A stretch of 64,000 nt of DNA from Macrostomum lignano. Its lineage: Eukaryota. Position numbers and translations under genes: made by a program. The DNA is taken from positions 62,001-126,000 of the forward strand of contig NIVC01002558.1 of the NCBI GenBank assembly GCA_002269645.1. Direction: 5' to 3'. This document shows positions 35,958 through 49,307 of the stretch, in pieces. The notes beneath the pieces are model-generated. The model was not told the origin of the DNA. It saw nothing but the letters and a program-made list of their open reading frames with translations, and made no database searches. Numbering within the stretch: the first letter of the stretch is position 1; every line of letters starts with the position of its first letter.

Positions 35958-37145
35958 TCTGAACTGCCCTGAAGTGACGGTCTGAACTGCCCTGAAGTGG
36001 CGGTCTGAACTGCCCTGAAGTGGCGGTCTAAACTGCCCTGAAGTGACGGTCTGAACTGTCCTGAAGTGACGGTCTGAACTGCCCTGAAGTGACGATCTGA
36101 ACTGTCCTGAAGTAGCGGTCTGAACTGCCCTGAAGTGACGATCTGAACTGTCCTGAAGTAGCGGTCTGAACTGCCCTGAAGTGACGATCTGAACTGCCCT
36201 GAAGTGATGGTCTGAACTGTCCTGAAGTGATGGTCTGAACTGCCCTGAAGTGACGGTCTGAACTGTCCTGAAGTAGCGGTCTGAACTGCCCTGAAGTGGC
36301 GGTCTGAACTGCCCTGAAGTGACGGTCTGAACTGTCCTGAAGTAGCGGTCTGAACTGCCCTGAAGTGACGGTCTGAACTGTCCTGAAGTAGCGGTCTGAA
36401 CTGCCCTGAAATGACGGTCAGAAGTGTCCTGAAGTGACGGTTTGATCAGTCCTGAAGTGACGGTCTGAACTGTCCTGAAGTGACGGTCTGAACTGTCCTG
36501 AAGTAGCGGTCTGAACTGCCCTGAAGTGACGGTCTGAACTGTCCTGAAGTGACGGTCTGAACTGTCCTGAAGTGGCGGTCTAAACTGCCCTGAAGTGGCG
36601 GTCTGAACTGCCCTGAAGTAGCGGTCTAAACTGCCCTGAAGTGACGGTCTGAACTATCCTGAAGTGACGGTCTGAACTGCCCTGAAGTGACGATCTGAAC
36701 TGTCCTGAAGTAGCGGTCTGAACTGCCCTGAAGTGACGATCTGAACTGTCCTGAAGTAGCGGTCTGAACTGCCCTGAAGTGACGATCTGAACTGTCCTGA
36801 AGTAGCGGTCTGAACTGCCCTGAAGTGACGGTCTGAACTGTCCTGAAGTAGCGGTCTGAACTGCCCTGAAGTGACGGTCTGAACTGTCCTGAAGTAGCGG
36901 TCTGAACTGCCCTGAAGTGACGGTCTGAACTGCCCTGAAGTGACGGTCTGAACTGTCCTGAAGTAGCGGTCTAAACTGCCCTGAAGTGGCGGTCTGAACT
37001 GCCCTGAAGTGGCGATCTGAACTGCCCTGAAGTGATGGTCTGAACTGTCCTGAAGTGATGGTCTGAACTGTCCTGAAGTGACGGTCTGAACTGTCCTGAA
37101 GTGACGGTCTGAACTGTCCTGAAGTGACGGTCAGAAGTGTCCTGA
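35958..37145. repeat. 23-bp minisatellite (CTGAACTG[C/T]CCTGAAGTGACGGT)
   Basis: About 50 units. Confidence 0.96.
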
Positions 37146-37764
37146 AACGGCAATCCAACTATTTCAAACTGGGCAGGCGCAAATGCATCATATTGGGCAA
37201 CAATAATGAATGTGCCTCAATATTTACTCTACTCGTTCATGAATACACATAAATTATGAATACCAAAGCATTTAATATATTTGGTTTTGGCACCCCCCCC
37301 CCCCAACTCGTCCATCTTCTGTTAAAAGAGATCCACTAAGCAAAAATTCCAAACCAAAAACTACCCGCCACATCAAAGCATATTTGCGCAATGTGAACAC
37401 AAAGTCATAAATTTGTAGATGTGGCTCGTAAACACTGACCAGACCTAACCCCAGTGAAACCATGCAATTTGTGCACCTCGCCAAAGGCTCAAACCGACTC
37501 AAAACTCAGGTACAGAGACTGCAGTCCATTGTGCCAATTTCTGTCAGACTCAGACGCTGCAAGGCAAAACTCTGTCTGCACGAAGTCCAATGAAGGCTGA
37601 GCCCACAGTCACTGCCCTACGATAGGATGGCGGCGTAGAAAAGAATTTTCATCTGATAAAAACCGTGTCTGCTGTCCAGATAGTGCTAGTTGTAAATCAC
37701 TGAACTGACCAGTGGCCGACTGTCAATACTCAAGGTAATAATAATTCAACTGTCTAATCTGAAT

Positions 37765-40700
37765 ATGAAACCGGCTAGCGAATTGCCTCGCCAGCACTGG
37801 GACTCACAGGTAGAGTTCGTGCTGTCCGCTGTGGGATTCGCCATCGACTTGGCCAACGTGTGGCGGTTTCCCTACCTTTGCTACAAGTATGGCGGCGGTG
37901 AGTTGCTGTGCGGCTGCGGCCAACTGGGGATGGGGTACAGGGGATGGGGTACAGGGGAATGGGGGACAGGGGATGGGGGACAGGGGAATGGGGAACAGGG
38001 GGATTGAGAACGGGGGATTGAGAACAGGGGATGTGGAACGGGGAACGGGGATGGGGAACGGGGAATGGGGAACGGGGAATGGGGAACGGGGAATGGGGAA
38101 CGGGGAATGGGGAACGGGGAATGGGGAACGGGGAATGGGGAACGGGGAATGGGGAACGGGGAATGGGGAACGGGGAATGGGTAATAGGGGAATAGGGAAC
38201 AGGGGAATGGGTAACAGGGGAATGGGTAACAGGGGAATGGGGAACAGGGGAATGGGGAACAGGGGATGGGTAAAAGGGGAATGGGGAACAGGGGAATGGG
38301 TAATAGGGGAATGGGGAACAGGGGAATGGGTAACAGGGGATGGGTAAAAGGGGAATGGGGAACAGGGGAATGGAGAACAGGGGAATGGGTAACAGGGGAA
38401 TGGGGAACAGGGGAATGGGTAACAGGGGAATGGGGAACAGGGGAATGGGTAACAGGGGAATGGGTAACAGGGGAATGGGTAACAGGGGAATGGGTAACAG
38501 GGGAATGGGTAACAGGGGAATGGGTAACAGGGGAATGGGTAACAGGGGAATGGGTAACAGGGGAATGGGTAACCGGGGAATGGGTTACAGGGGAATGGGT
38601 AACAGGGGAATGGGTAACCGGGGAATGGGTTACAGGGGAATGGGTAACAGGGGAATGGGTAACGAGGGAGTGTACGGGAAAAGGAAATTGCAAAAATGTA
38701 ATCAAACGTGCAAGCAATAGCAATAGCGCTAAAAGTACAAACTACCCCTACTCCAACACTCCTCAGGCGCCTTCCTCATCCCTTACATCGTGTGCAACAT
38801 ATTCCAAGCGATGCCCCTGCTTTACCTGGAGATCAGCCTGGGCCAGACACAGCAGGCTGGCTGCATCCAGGTGTGGGACGTGTCACCGGCTGGCAGGGGC
38901 ATCGGAGTGGCGCAGTGCCTGCTTGGCATCGGCATGTTTTATTATAACGTCATGGTTGGCTGGTGCATATTTTTCTTCTTCAACTCGTTCACGGCTGGCG
39001 AGCTGCCCTGGATGACCTGCGGGCACGACTTCAACACGCCATGGTGCCGCACGGTGGACCAGTTCCGCAATCTGTCTGCGCTCAACCAGACTGGTGACTC
39101 TGTGCTCTCGTCTGTTGAGTACTTTGAGTGAGTTGCCTTGGATCTGAACTGACACCTTTAGATCCGAACTGACACCCTCAGCTCCAATCTGACACCCTCA
39201 GATCCGATCTGACACACTCAGATCCAATCTGACACACTCAGATCCAATCTGACACACTCAGATCCAATCTAACACACTCAGATCCGAACTGACACACTCA
39301 GATCCGATCTGACACACTCAGATTTGAACTGACACCCTCAGATTTGAACTGACACCCTCAGATCCGAACTGACACACTCAGATCCGAACTGACACACTCA
39401 GATCCGAACTGACACACTCAGATCCGAACTGACACACTCAGATCCGAACTGACACACTCAGATCCAAACAGACACACTCAGCTCCAATCTGACACACTCA
39501 TATCCAATCTGACACACTCAGATCCAATCTGACACACTCAGATCCAATCTGACACACTCATATCCAATCTGACACACTCAGATCCAATCTGACACACTCA
39601 GATCCGAACTGACACACTCAGATACGAACTGACACACTCAGATCCGAACTGACACACTCAGATCCAAACAGACACACTCAGATCCGAACTGACACACTCA
39701 GATCCGAACTGACACACTCAGATCCGAACTGACACACTCAGATCCGAACTGACACACTCAGATCCGAACTGACACACTCAGATACGAACTGACGCCCTCC
39801 AGTGCACACCAAAGTCGATAATTTTAGTAACAGAAACTTTTTCATTTAAAGCCCTAACAAATTAATTAATTTGTCATTGACTTTTTCCCACACTTCTCTA
39901 GTTGCCACCCTTTTTGAGTGATGATTACTCCGAAGCCAATTGACAGAAATTAGCAAGTCTTTCCTCTAGAATCCCAGCAATAAAAGCAATAAAAGCAACA
40001 CACAGGCTTCGCTACAAGCAATTATGTCAAGTAATAGTTTTTGAGTATCGTTTTGCACCGCCAGCGCAACCCTCGACGCAACCGGGGCCTGCCCGGAAAG
40101 TTTGACAGCTTATCGCCTATCGCCTAAGCTCGCATGCTGGGCAAAATTGCTTCGGCACAGCTGGTCTCATCTCGACAAGTTAATTAAGTCTAATTAGAAG
40201 GATAACAATTATCCGCTCAGAGTGCTGCTGCCGCCACACTGTGGCTTCTTAATTAATTAACAGTCCTCAATTACCCTTGCTAAGTTGAACTTGTGCACTG
40301 GACAGATTTACTCCGAACTCTGAAGCAATAACTTTTGAAATTCTGTGTCATTTAGGGATAAGAGACAGGAGAGTGCCAGAAGAGACAGGAGAGTGCCAGA
40401 AGAGACAGGAGAGTGCCGGCAGAGAGACATGAGAGTGCCAGAAGAGACAGGAGAGTGCCGGCAGAGAGACAGGAGAGTTCCAGAAGAGACACGAGAGTGC
40501 CAGAATAGACAGGAGAGTGCCGGCAGAGAGACAGGAAAGTGCCAGAAGAGACGGGAGAGTGCCAGAAGAGACACGAGAGTGCCAGAAGAGAGACAGAAGA
40601 GTGCCAGAAGAGACAGGAGAGTGCCAAAAGAGACAGGAGAGTGCCAAAAGAGACAGGAGAGTGCCAGAAGAGACGGGAGAGTGCCGGCAGAGAGACAGGA

Positions 40701-43700
40701 GAGTGCCAGAAGAGACACGAGAGTGCCAAAAGAGACAGGAGAGTGCCAGAAGAGACAGGAGAGTGCCAAAAGAGACAGGAGAGTGCCAGAAGAGACGAGA
40801 GAGTGCCTGCAGAGAGACACGAGAGTGCCAGAAGAGACAGAGTTTCACAATAGCTTTCGTACATCTTTACGCAGCTGTCATTCCGAAAGACAGAACTTTA
40901 ATTAGCAGAAGATAAAAAAAAGTTTGACATGCTGGAGGGTTTAAAGGCGCAGAGTAATCACGGAGTTGCAGGCCTTCTCCAGCGCTAAATGCGCACTGAA
41001 GTGACCTTAACGGTTGGTTCGCCCCCCGCTACTCATCAAGTGCGCACAGTGAGCTATATGCTCTCACAGTGGAAGACCCAATTAGCCTGAGCAGGCTGCG
41101 AATTGAGAACCCTAATTAATTTACAACCTGCTGCTATCTTGGCTGCCTGGCGTCACAAAAAGTGAGGCGGGCACCGGCTCAGCTGAGCATTTTGAGCGCT
41201 TGGTTAGATGAAGAGGACTCGAATTTTAGATTTTTTATTGTTCCTTTCATCGCTAACTCAAGCGCACTCGAAGCAGGTTGTGTGTGCGCCCCATCGCTCT
41301 CATACTCATACTGTCATGATAGCAGCTGCCAGGCAGAAATTAGAGATGGACGGCACCCCCCGCTCTTGGGGCCACTCTGCGTCGCGAGAAAATTTTGGAA
41401 ATTGTTCGTTGTTGCTTTATTATCGGAGTTTAAACAGGACGAGAGGGTACAGATGGAGGCACATTGTCTTTATGAATCGCAACTTTTGGCACTGCACTTT
41501 TTTGAGTTTGTCCTCTCTGAGTTTCACTTTGAGTCCTCTTCTGAGTTTTACTGCATAACTTAGTTAGTGACAGGTAGAGGGGGAATTAGTGATAGGTAGA
41601 GGGGGAATTAGTGACAAATAGAGGGGGATTAGTGATAGGTAGAGGGGGGAATTAGTGACAAATAGAGGGGGAATTAGTGACAAATAGAGGGGGGATTAGT
41701 GACAGGTAGAGGGGGGAATTAGTGATAGGTAGAGGGGGATTAGTGATAGGTAGAGGGGGATTAGTGATAGGTAGAGGGGGGAATTAGTGATAGGTAGAGG
41801 GGGATTAGTGATAGGTAGAGGGGGGATTAGTGACAGGTAGAGGGGGAATTAGTGACAGGTAGAGGGGGGAATTAGTGACAAATAGAGGGGGAATTAGTGA
41901 CAAGGTAGAAGGGGAAATTAGTGACAGGTACAGGATAGATTAATTAGTGGCAGATATAGAGTGTGAAATTGGAGACAGGTACAGGGGGAAAAGTGACAGG
42001 TAGAGGGGGAAAGGTACACGTAGATGAGGGAAAAAAGTGACAGGTAGATGCAGGAACAGGTGACGGGTAGAAATTCGTAGAGTATTTAAAATTCCAATTC
42101 ACTGCAGATTTAAAAAATACAGATTTTAAAACGGAGCAAAAATATTAAGCGCTAGCAGACAAACAAAACAACACCGAAAAAACCTCACCTCCCCTGCCAG
42201 ACGCGGCCTGCTGGCGGTGCACCAGAGCCCGAACATCGAGACCCTGGGCAGGCCCCGGTTCGTGCTGGTTGCCTGCATCTTCATTGCCTACGCAATCATA
42301 TTCTTTGCCCTCTGGCGCGGAATCAAGTCATCCGGCAAGGTGGTGTACATCACCGCCACCATGCCCGTGCTGCTGCTCGTCATCCTGCTGATCAACGGAG
42401 TACAGCTGCCTGGCGCCACCAAGGGTATCGACTATTACATTCGGCCGGACGTGTCCAAGATTGACCTCTTTGTGAGATCCGGTTGATGAATTTGAAGAAA
42501 GAGGCTGGGAATAAATAAATATTAGCAGGAGGATTGTGGGCATCCAGTGGGGGTATTAAAATTTTAACTTCTTAGGCATATGATCTTAACCAGATTCCAT
42601 ATTTTCTAAAATAATATTCTCTCAAATTCTCTCAAAATCCCATATCCGAAATCCCATATTCCCTTAGTCCGATATCACCACATTCCATGCCTAAATCCCA
42701 TATCCCCCAAAAAATCCCATATTCGACTAAATACCATATTCTACCATATCTCAGATTCTAGCGAATCCTGTGTCCCAAATCCCATATCCCCAAATCCCAT
42801 ATCCCCAAATGGCCCATGTCCCCAAATCCCATATCCAAAGACCTCGTATCCCCCAACTCCAAAGCTTCCCGAAACCCTCATCCCCAACCCGGACAGGCGT
42901 GGATCGAGGCCTCAGTGCAGGTGTTCTACTCAACGGCGGCCGGGTTCGGGGGCCACCTGAGCCTGTCCAGCTACAACAAGCGCAGCAGCAACTGCTACCG
43001 GGACACCATCATCACCATCGTGTGCAACGCCTGCTTCAGCTTCCTGTCCGGCTTTGTGGTGTTCGCCTATCTCGGCTACATGGCCGACCTCACCAACCGC
43101 AGCGTGGAGGCTGTGGCTTCTGACGGTGAGTTCAGTGCAGTGCTCAAAGCGTCCAATATAGCAACTCAATGTACTCAGTAAAGCTTACAAATAGTATATT
43201 ACTTAATGTACTGGTACTCATTAAACTTAGCTTAGTCATAGTTCTTTGTATAAATGAAGCACGTAATACTCAGTGTGATTTCAATGCATAATATAATGTT
43301 CACTAGCCACTGCACATGTACTTTTAGTGTTCGGTATAGTAATTTTGTAAAGGTATGTGTGTACCTTTAGGGCTAAGCATATCACTCAGTGTCTTTTTCG
43401 AGCTCAATAAAGTATTCAGTGTACTTTTAATGATCATTAAAGTATTCAGTGTACTTTTAGTGATCAGTAAAGTATTCAGTGTACTTTTAGTGATCAGTAA
43501 AGTATTCAGTGTACTTTTAATGATCATTAAAGTATTCAATGTACTTTTAGTGATAAGTAAAGTATTCAGTGTACTTTTAGTGATCAGTAAAGTATTCAGT
43601 GTACTTTTAATGATCATTAAAGTATTCAATGTACTTTTAGTGATAAGTAAAGTATTCAGTGTACTTTTAGTGATCATTAAAGTATTCAATGTACTTTTAG

Positions 43701-46700
43701 TGATCAGTAAAGTATTCAGTGTACTTTTAGTGATCAGTAAAGTATTCAGTGTACTTTTAATGATCATTAAAGTATTCAATGTACTTTTAGTGATAAGTAA
43801 AGTATTCAGTGTACTTTTAGTGATCAGTAAAGTATTCAGTGTACTTTTAATGATCATTAAAGTACTCAATGTACTTTTAGTGATAAGTAAAGTATTCAGT
43901 GTACTTTTAATGATCATTAAAGTATTCAATGTACTTTTAGTGATAAGTAAAGTATTCAGTGTACTTTTAGTGATCATTAAAGTATTCAATGTACTTTTAG
44001 TGATCAGTAAAGTATTCAGTGTACTTTTAGTGATCAGTAAAGTATTCAGTGTACTTTTAGTAATCAGTAAAGTATTCGGCCATACTCAGTGTATTAGCGA
44101 ACATAACCGTAGTACTTATTGTGCTCCCAGTGCTCAATGCACAAAAACTATTTAGTACAGCACACAGACGCTGCAAGAAAACTTTGACCGCTTCGATACG
44201 GAACCGCAGGTCCCGGCCTGGTGTTCCAAGTCTACCCGCTGGCCGTTGGCACCCTGCCAATTCCGCAGCTCTGGTCCTGCCTGTTCTTCTTCATGCTCAT
44301 TAATCTCGGAGTGGACAGCTTTGTGAGCAGTTATCTCGGCTGATAAATTTTGTAAACTTGTGACAAGTAGAAGGGAATTGGTGACAGGTAGAGGGGAATT
44401 GGTGACAGGTAGAGGGGAATTGGTGACAGGTAGAGGGGAATTAGTGACAGGTAGAGGGAATTGGTGACAGATAGATGGGAATTGGTGACGGGTAGAGGGG
44501 AATTGGTGACAGATAGAGGGGAATTAGTGACAGGTAGAGGGGAATTAGTGACAGATAGAGGGGAATTAGTGACAGGTAGAGGGGAATTAGTGATAGGTAG
44601 AGGGGAAATAGTGACAGGTAGAGGGGAATTAGTGACAGGTAGAAGAGAATTAGTGACAGGTAGAGGGGAATTAGTGACAGGTAGAGGGGAATTAGTGACA
44701 GGTAGAGGGGAATTAGTGACAAGTAGAGGGGAATTAGTGACAGGTAGAGGGGAATTAGTGACAAATACAGGGGGAATTAGTGACAGGTAGAGAGGGAATT
44801 GACGGGCAGGTAGAGAGGACGATTGAAGCCAGGCTGAGATAGATACCGGTATGAGTGGAAAGTTTAGATTCACTGCTGGGACCTCACATTCCAACAGCTA
44901 TTCAATTTAAAATGGCTCCAAAATTAAGCGCGAAGAAACAAGCAAAACACTACTGCAAGTAGCTAATATGTACTAATGCAAAACACTAATTAAGTCATTG
45001 TCAGTGTTTTTTTGGGGGAATATGGGATTTGAGAGTTAGGAGATTTGGGGATACGGGATTTGAGGATATATGTTTTGATGTATTAAAACACTACTGCAAA
45101 TATCTAATGTGCACTAATAGCTAATATGTAGCTAAATATTACTGCAAGTAGCTAGCTTAAAAATTAAAAACAACGTTTAATCTTGGCAGATGACTGGCGT
45201 GGAGACGGTCCTAACCGGTTTCGGCGAGGTGCTGCTGAAATTCGACTGTATGAATGGCAAATACTTTCGCGTGACATTCACCTTCTTGTACCTGTTGCTG
45301 CACTTCCTGCTGGCCCTGCTGCTCAGCACTCCGGTGTGTGACACGAGTTATTGCCAGATTTACAGTAGTTGAAATTGCAGAACAACGTTTAAACTTTTTC
45401 AATTGACGAAATCTCTTAGATTGGGTGCGGGCTAGTCTATAATGAGAAGGCTGTGAGCCAATTCTCAATTTAAATCATGGGTGGGCAGAAGAGAGGAGAG
45501 GAGAGAGGAGAGGAGAGGAGAGGAGAGGAGAGGAGAGAGAGAGGAGAGAGGAGAGAGGAGAGAGGAGAGAGGAGAGAGAGAGGAGAGAGGAGAGAGGAGA
45601 GAGGAGAGAGGAGAGAGGAGAGAGGAGAGAAGAGAGAGAGAGGAGAGGAGAGAGGAGAGAGGAGAGAGGAGAGGAGAGAGGAGAGAGGAGAGAGGAGAGA
45701 GGAGAGAGGAGAGAGGAGAGAGGAGAGGAGAGGAGAGGAGAGGAGAGAGGAGAGAGGAGAGGAGAGGAGAGAGGAGAGAGGAGAGAGGAGAGAGGAGAGG
45801 AGAGGAGAGAGGAGAGAGGAGAGAGGAGAGAGGAGAGGAGAGGAGAGAGGAGAGAGGAGGAGAGAATGTAGAGAAGGGAACTGAGAAGATACGCAAACCT
45901 TGATTGCTATGACCGGATTGCTAATGTGAAGTTTCAAAGGACCCGAGGGCTGGATGGAGAGGCTCTGTGGGCCGCTCCCGCATGTGGCCTGATTAAAATA
46001 GAAAAATGAATGTAATTAGAATTTTATTTAATTTAAAGTAGATAAGAGCGCGCAGTAGAAAGTCAGAAGGGGTTGAAAAAGTTGTACACTCTTAGCTTGA
46101 GAGGCGATCGATAGCCGATGTACAGCAATTAAATAAGAATTTTTAAAAGGGCAGAGAGTAGATAAGGCCGCACTACGCAAGACTGCGTCTTCTGAACCCC
46201 TTCAGGGCGGCATGTACGTCTGGAATCTGCAGAACAACTTCGTCCCCGGCCTGTCTCTGATCTTCATCGCCTTCTGCGACGCTGTAGCCATCGCCTGGCT
46301 GTACGGTGAGATCCGGGATCTTTGTCTGCGTTTCCCAGGCAAAGAAGTGCGAATGGATTTTAACGGCATAAAATAGTTGTAAAAATGATGCTTTAAAATT
46401 ATCAAACTGGCGTAAACAAAACAAAAAAGTTTTTTCAAAAGCGCTTAATGAGTTTTCAAAATGGCGCTAAAATAGCTGTGAAAAGGGTGCTAAAAAGCTA
46501 TCAAAATGGCATTTGAATAGCTATCAAAATGGCACTTGAATAGCTATCAAAATGGCGCTTGAATAGCTATCAAAATGGCGCTTGAATAGCTATCAAAATG
46601 GCGCTTGAATAGCTATCAAAATGGCACTTGAATAGCTATCAAAATGGCGCCTGAATAGCTATCAAAATGGCACTTGAATAGCTATCAAAATGGCGCTTGA

Positions 46701-49254
46701 ATAGCTATCAAAATGGCACTTGAATAGCTATCAAAATGGCGCCTGAATAGCTATCAAAATGGCACTTGAATAGCTATCAAAATGGCGCTTGAATAGCTAT
46801 CAAAATGGCACTTGAATAGCTATCAAAATGGCGCTTGAATAGCTATCAAAATGGCGCTTGAATAGCTATCAAAATGGCACTTGAATAGCTATCAAAATGG
46901 CACTTGAATAGCTATCAAAATGGCGCTTGAATAGCTATCAAAATGGCGCTTGAATAGCTATCAAAATGGCACTTGAATAGCTATCAAAATGGCGCTTGAA
47001 TAGCTATCAAAATGGCACTTGAATAGCTATCAAAATGGCGCTTGAATAGCTATCAAAATGGCACTTGAATAGCTATCAAAATGGCGCTTGAATAGCTATC
47101 AAAATGGCACTTGAATAGCTATCAAAATGGCGCTTGAATAGCTATCAAAATGGCACTTGAATAGCTATCAAAATGGCACTTGAATAGCTATCAAAATGGC
47201 ACTTGAATAGCTATCAAAATGGCGCTTAAAAAGCTATCAAAATGGCGCTTGAATAGCTATCAAAATGGCACTTGAATAGCTATCAAAATGGCACTTGAAT
47301 AGCTATCAAAATGGCGCTTGAATAGCTATCAAAATGGCGCTTGAATAGCTATCAAAATGGCGCTTGAATAGCTATCAAAATGGCGCTTGAATAGCTATCA
47401 AAATGGCGCTAAATATTGATCAAAATGGCGCTAAAATAATGATCAAAATGGCGCTTAAGTGTCAAAATGGCGCTAAAATAGCTGCAAAAATTGGGCTTAA
47501 AATCTTTTTATTAATGCTAAAAAGGTATTTTAAAAAGTGATTTAAAAGTATCGACTTAAAAAAGCCTAGAATGGAATAAAATAAAAGAACAATCTCTAAA
47601 ATAGTGTATCTAAGTAAAATTAAACATTACTTTTTTACTTTTTCAGCCGCAATAGCAAACTACAGTAGAATTTAAAAAGTTGTGCAGCATTAAATTGAAT
47701 CCACTCACGCTATGGCTTATTGAAGGAGATCTGCTGTCTGCTGTCACTTCAGCCTCCAGTGCATGACCTCCCGCTGCGCCCGCTATTTAAGTGAGCAATT
47801 AAAATCCAATTAACCTCCCACCACAGGTCTGGACGAGTTCTGCTCCGACATCAAGAATGCGATCGGCATCTCGCCTGGCATTTTCTGGCGCATCACCTGG
47901 AAGATCATATCGCCCGCGTTCATTCTGGTGCGTCTGGTGGCGCAAATTCTAATAATACCTAACCGCCTCAATTGTTTTCATATTGCAACGGTTCCATTAT
48001 ATTACTGCTTTGCGTACTCGAAGTAGTCTAGCAGGAATTTTAGAATCTGGACAGGTTTCGTAGGGAAAGAAAGAAATTATGAAATTATGAAACCTATGAG
48101 TAAGCTCTTAGAAACCATAGAAACCAAATTGACTCCCTTAAAAATCTATTAGTCACCTTATAAAAACTATTTTTGAAGCCTTATAAACCAGTTTTGCCTG
48201 GTTGGAAACCAACCAATTAGGCGTCCTTAGTAACCGGTTTATCCCCATGGAAAGCACACTACACACTAATCTAAGATTTTGGCATAAAGCTTTAGACTGG
48301 CGGATCCGGGGGTCTAGGAGGTTGGCCCTCAGAAAATTAGGGGGGTCACAACCCCCCCGGTAAAAATTCTGAATCCGCCACTGAAGCTGAAAATGCCGCG
48401 ACCCCATCTGCAGTGCATCATCGTGGCCACGATCTACACTTCGTTCGACACGACCAGCTATTTGTACTTTTACGCCTACTCGATGTACCACCCGGAGCTG
48501 TTTCCCAATCGCACGTCGGACGGCGTCTATTTGTACTTTTATTCGGATTCGGCCAAAGCGATCGGCTGGACGCTGACCCTGGTGCAGATTGCGGCCATCT
48601 TCCTGTTCGCCATCATCGCTATCGTTCAGTACAGGGTGAGGGGCTGGGGACCGCGTCAATATGTAGTCAGTAAACTGTTGAATGATAGCAGACCAAAAAT
48701 AATATATATTTGAATCTATTAATCAATCATTCAAGGAACTAGTGTACCATTGCATCAATAAGCCAATCAATCAATTTACCAGTCAATTTAACCGACAAGT
48801 TAACCAATCAACAAATCAATCAATCAATAAATCAATCAACAAATCAACAAATCCATCAATCAATCAATCAATCAATCAATCAGTCAACAAATCAACAAAT
48901 CCATCAATCAATCAACAAATCCATCAATCAATCAACAAATCCATCAATCAATCAATAAATCCATCAATCAACAAATCAACAAATCAATAAATCCATCAAT
49001 CAATTAATCAATCAATCAATCAACAAATCAACCAATCAATCAATAAATCCATCAATCAACAAATCAACAAATCCATCAATCAATAAATCAATCAATCAAT
49101 CAATCAACAAATCAACAAATCAATCAATCAATCAATCAGTCAACAAATCAACAAATCCATCAATCAATCAATAAATCCATCAATCAACAAATCAACAAAT
49201 CAATAAATCCATCAATCAATCAATAAATACATCAATCAACAAATCAACAAATCC

Positions 49255-49307
<53 letters not shown>

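Noticed and set aside
37713-37778. Extra 22-nt micro-exon and 44-nt intron ahead of SLC6 exon 1
   Set aside because: Phase-compatible, but unsupported by homology; left as N-terminal uncertainty.
40199-40220. lac-operator-like GGATAACAATTATCCGCTCA (vector contamination?)
   Set aside because: It is a rearranged partial match with no other vector sequence nearby, consistent with a chance palindrome.
41162-41563. 133-aa and 116-aa non-repetitive ORFs in SLC6 intron 2
   Set aside because: No recognisable motifs or usable splice phase; the SLC6 model is complete without them.
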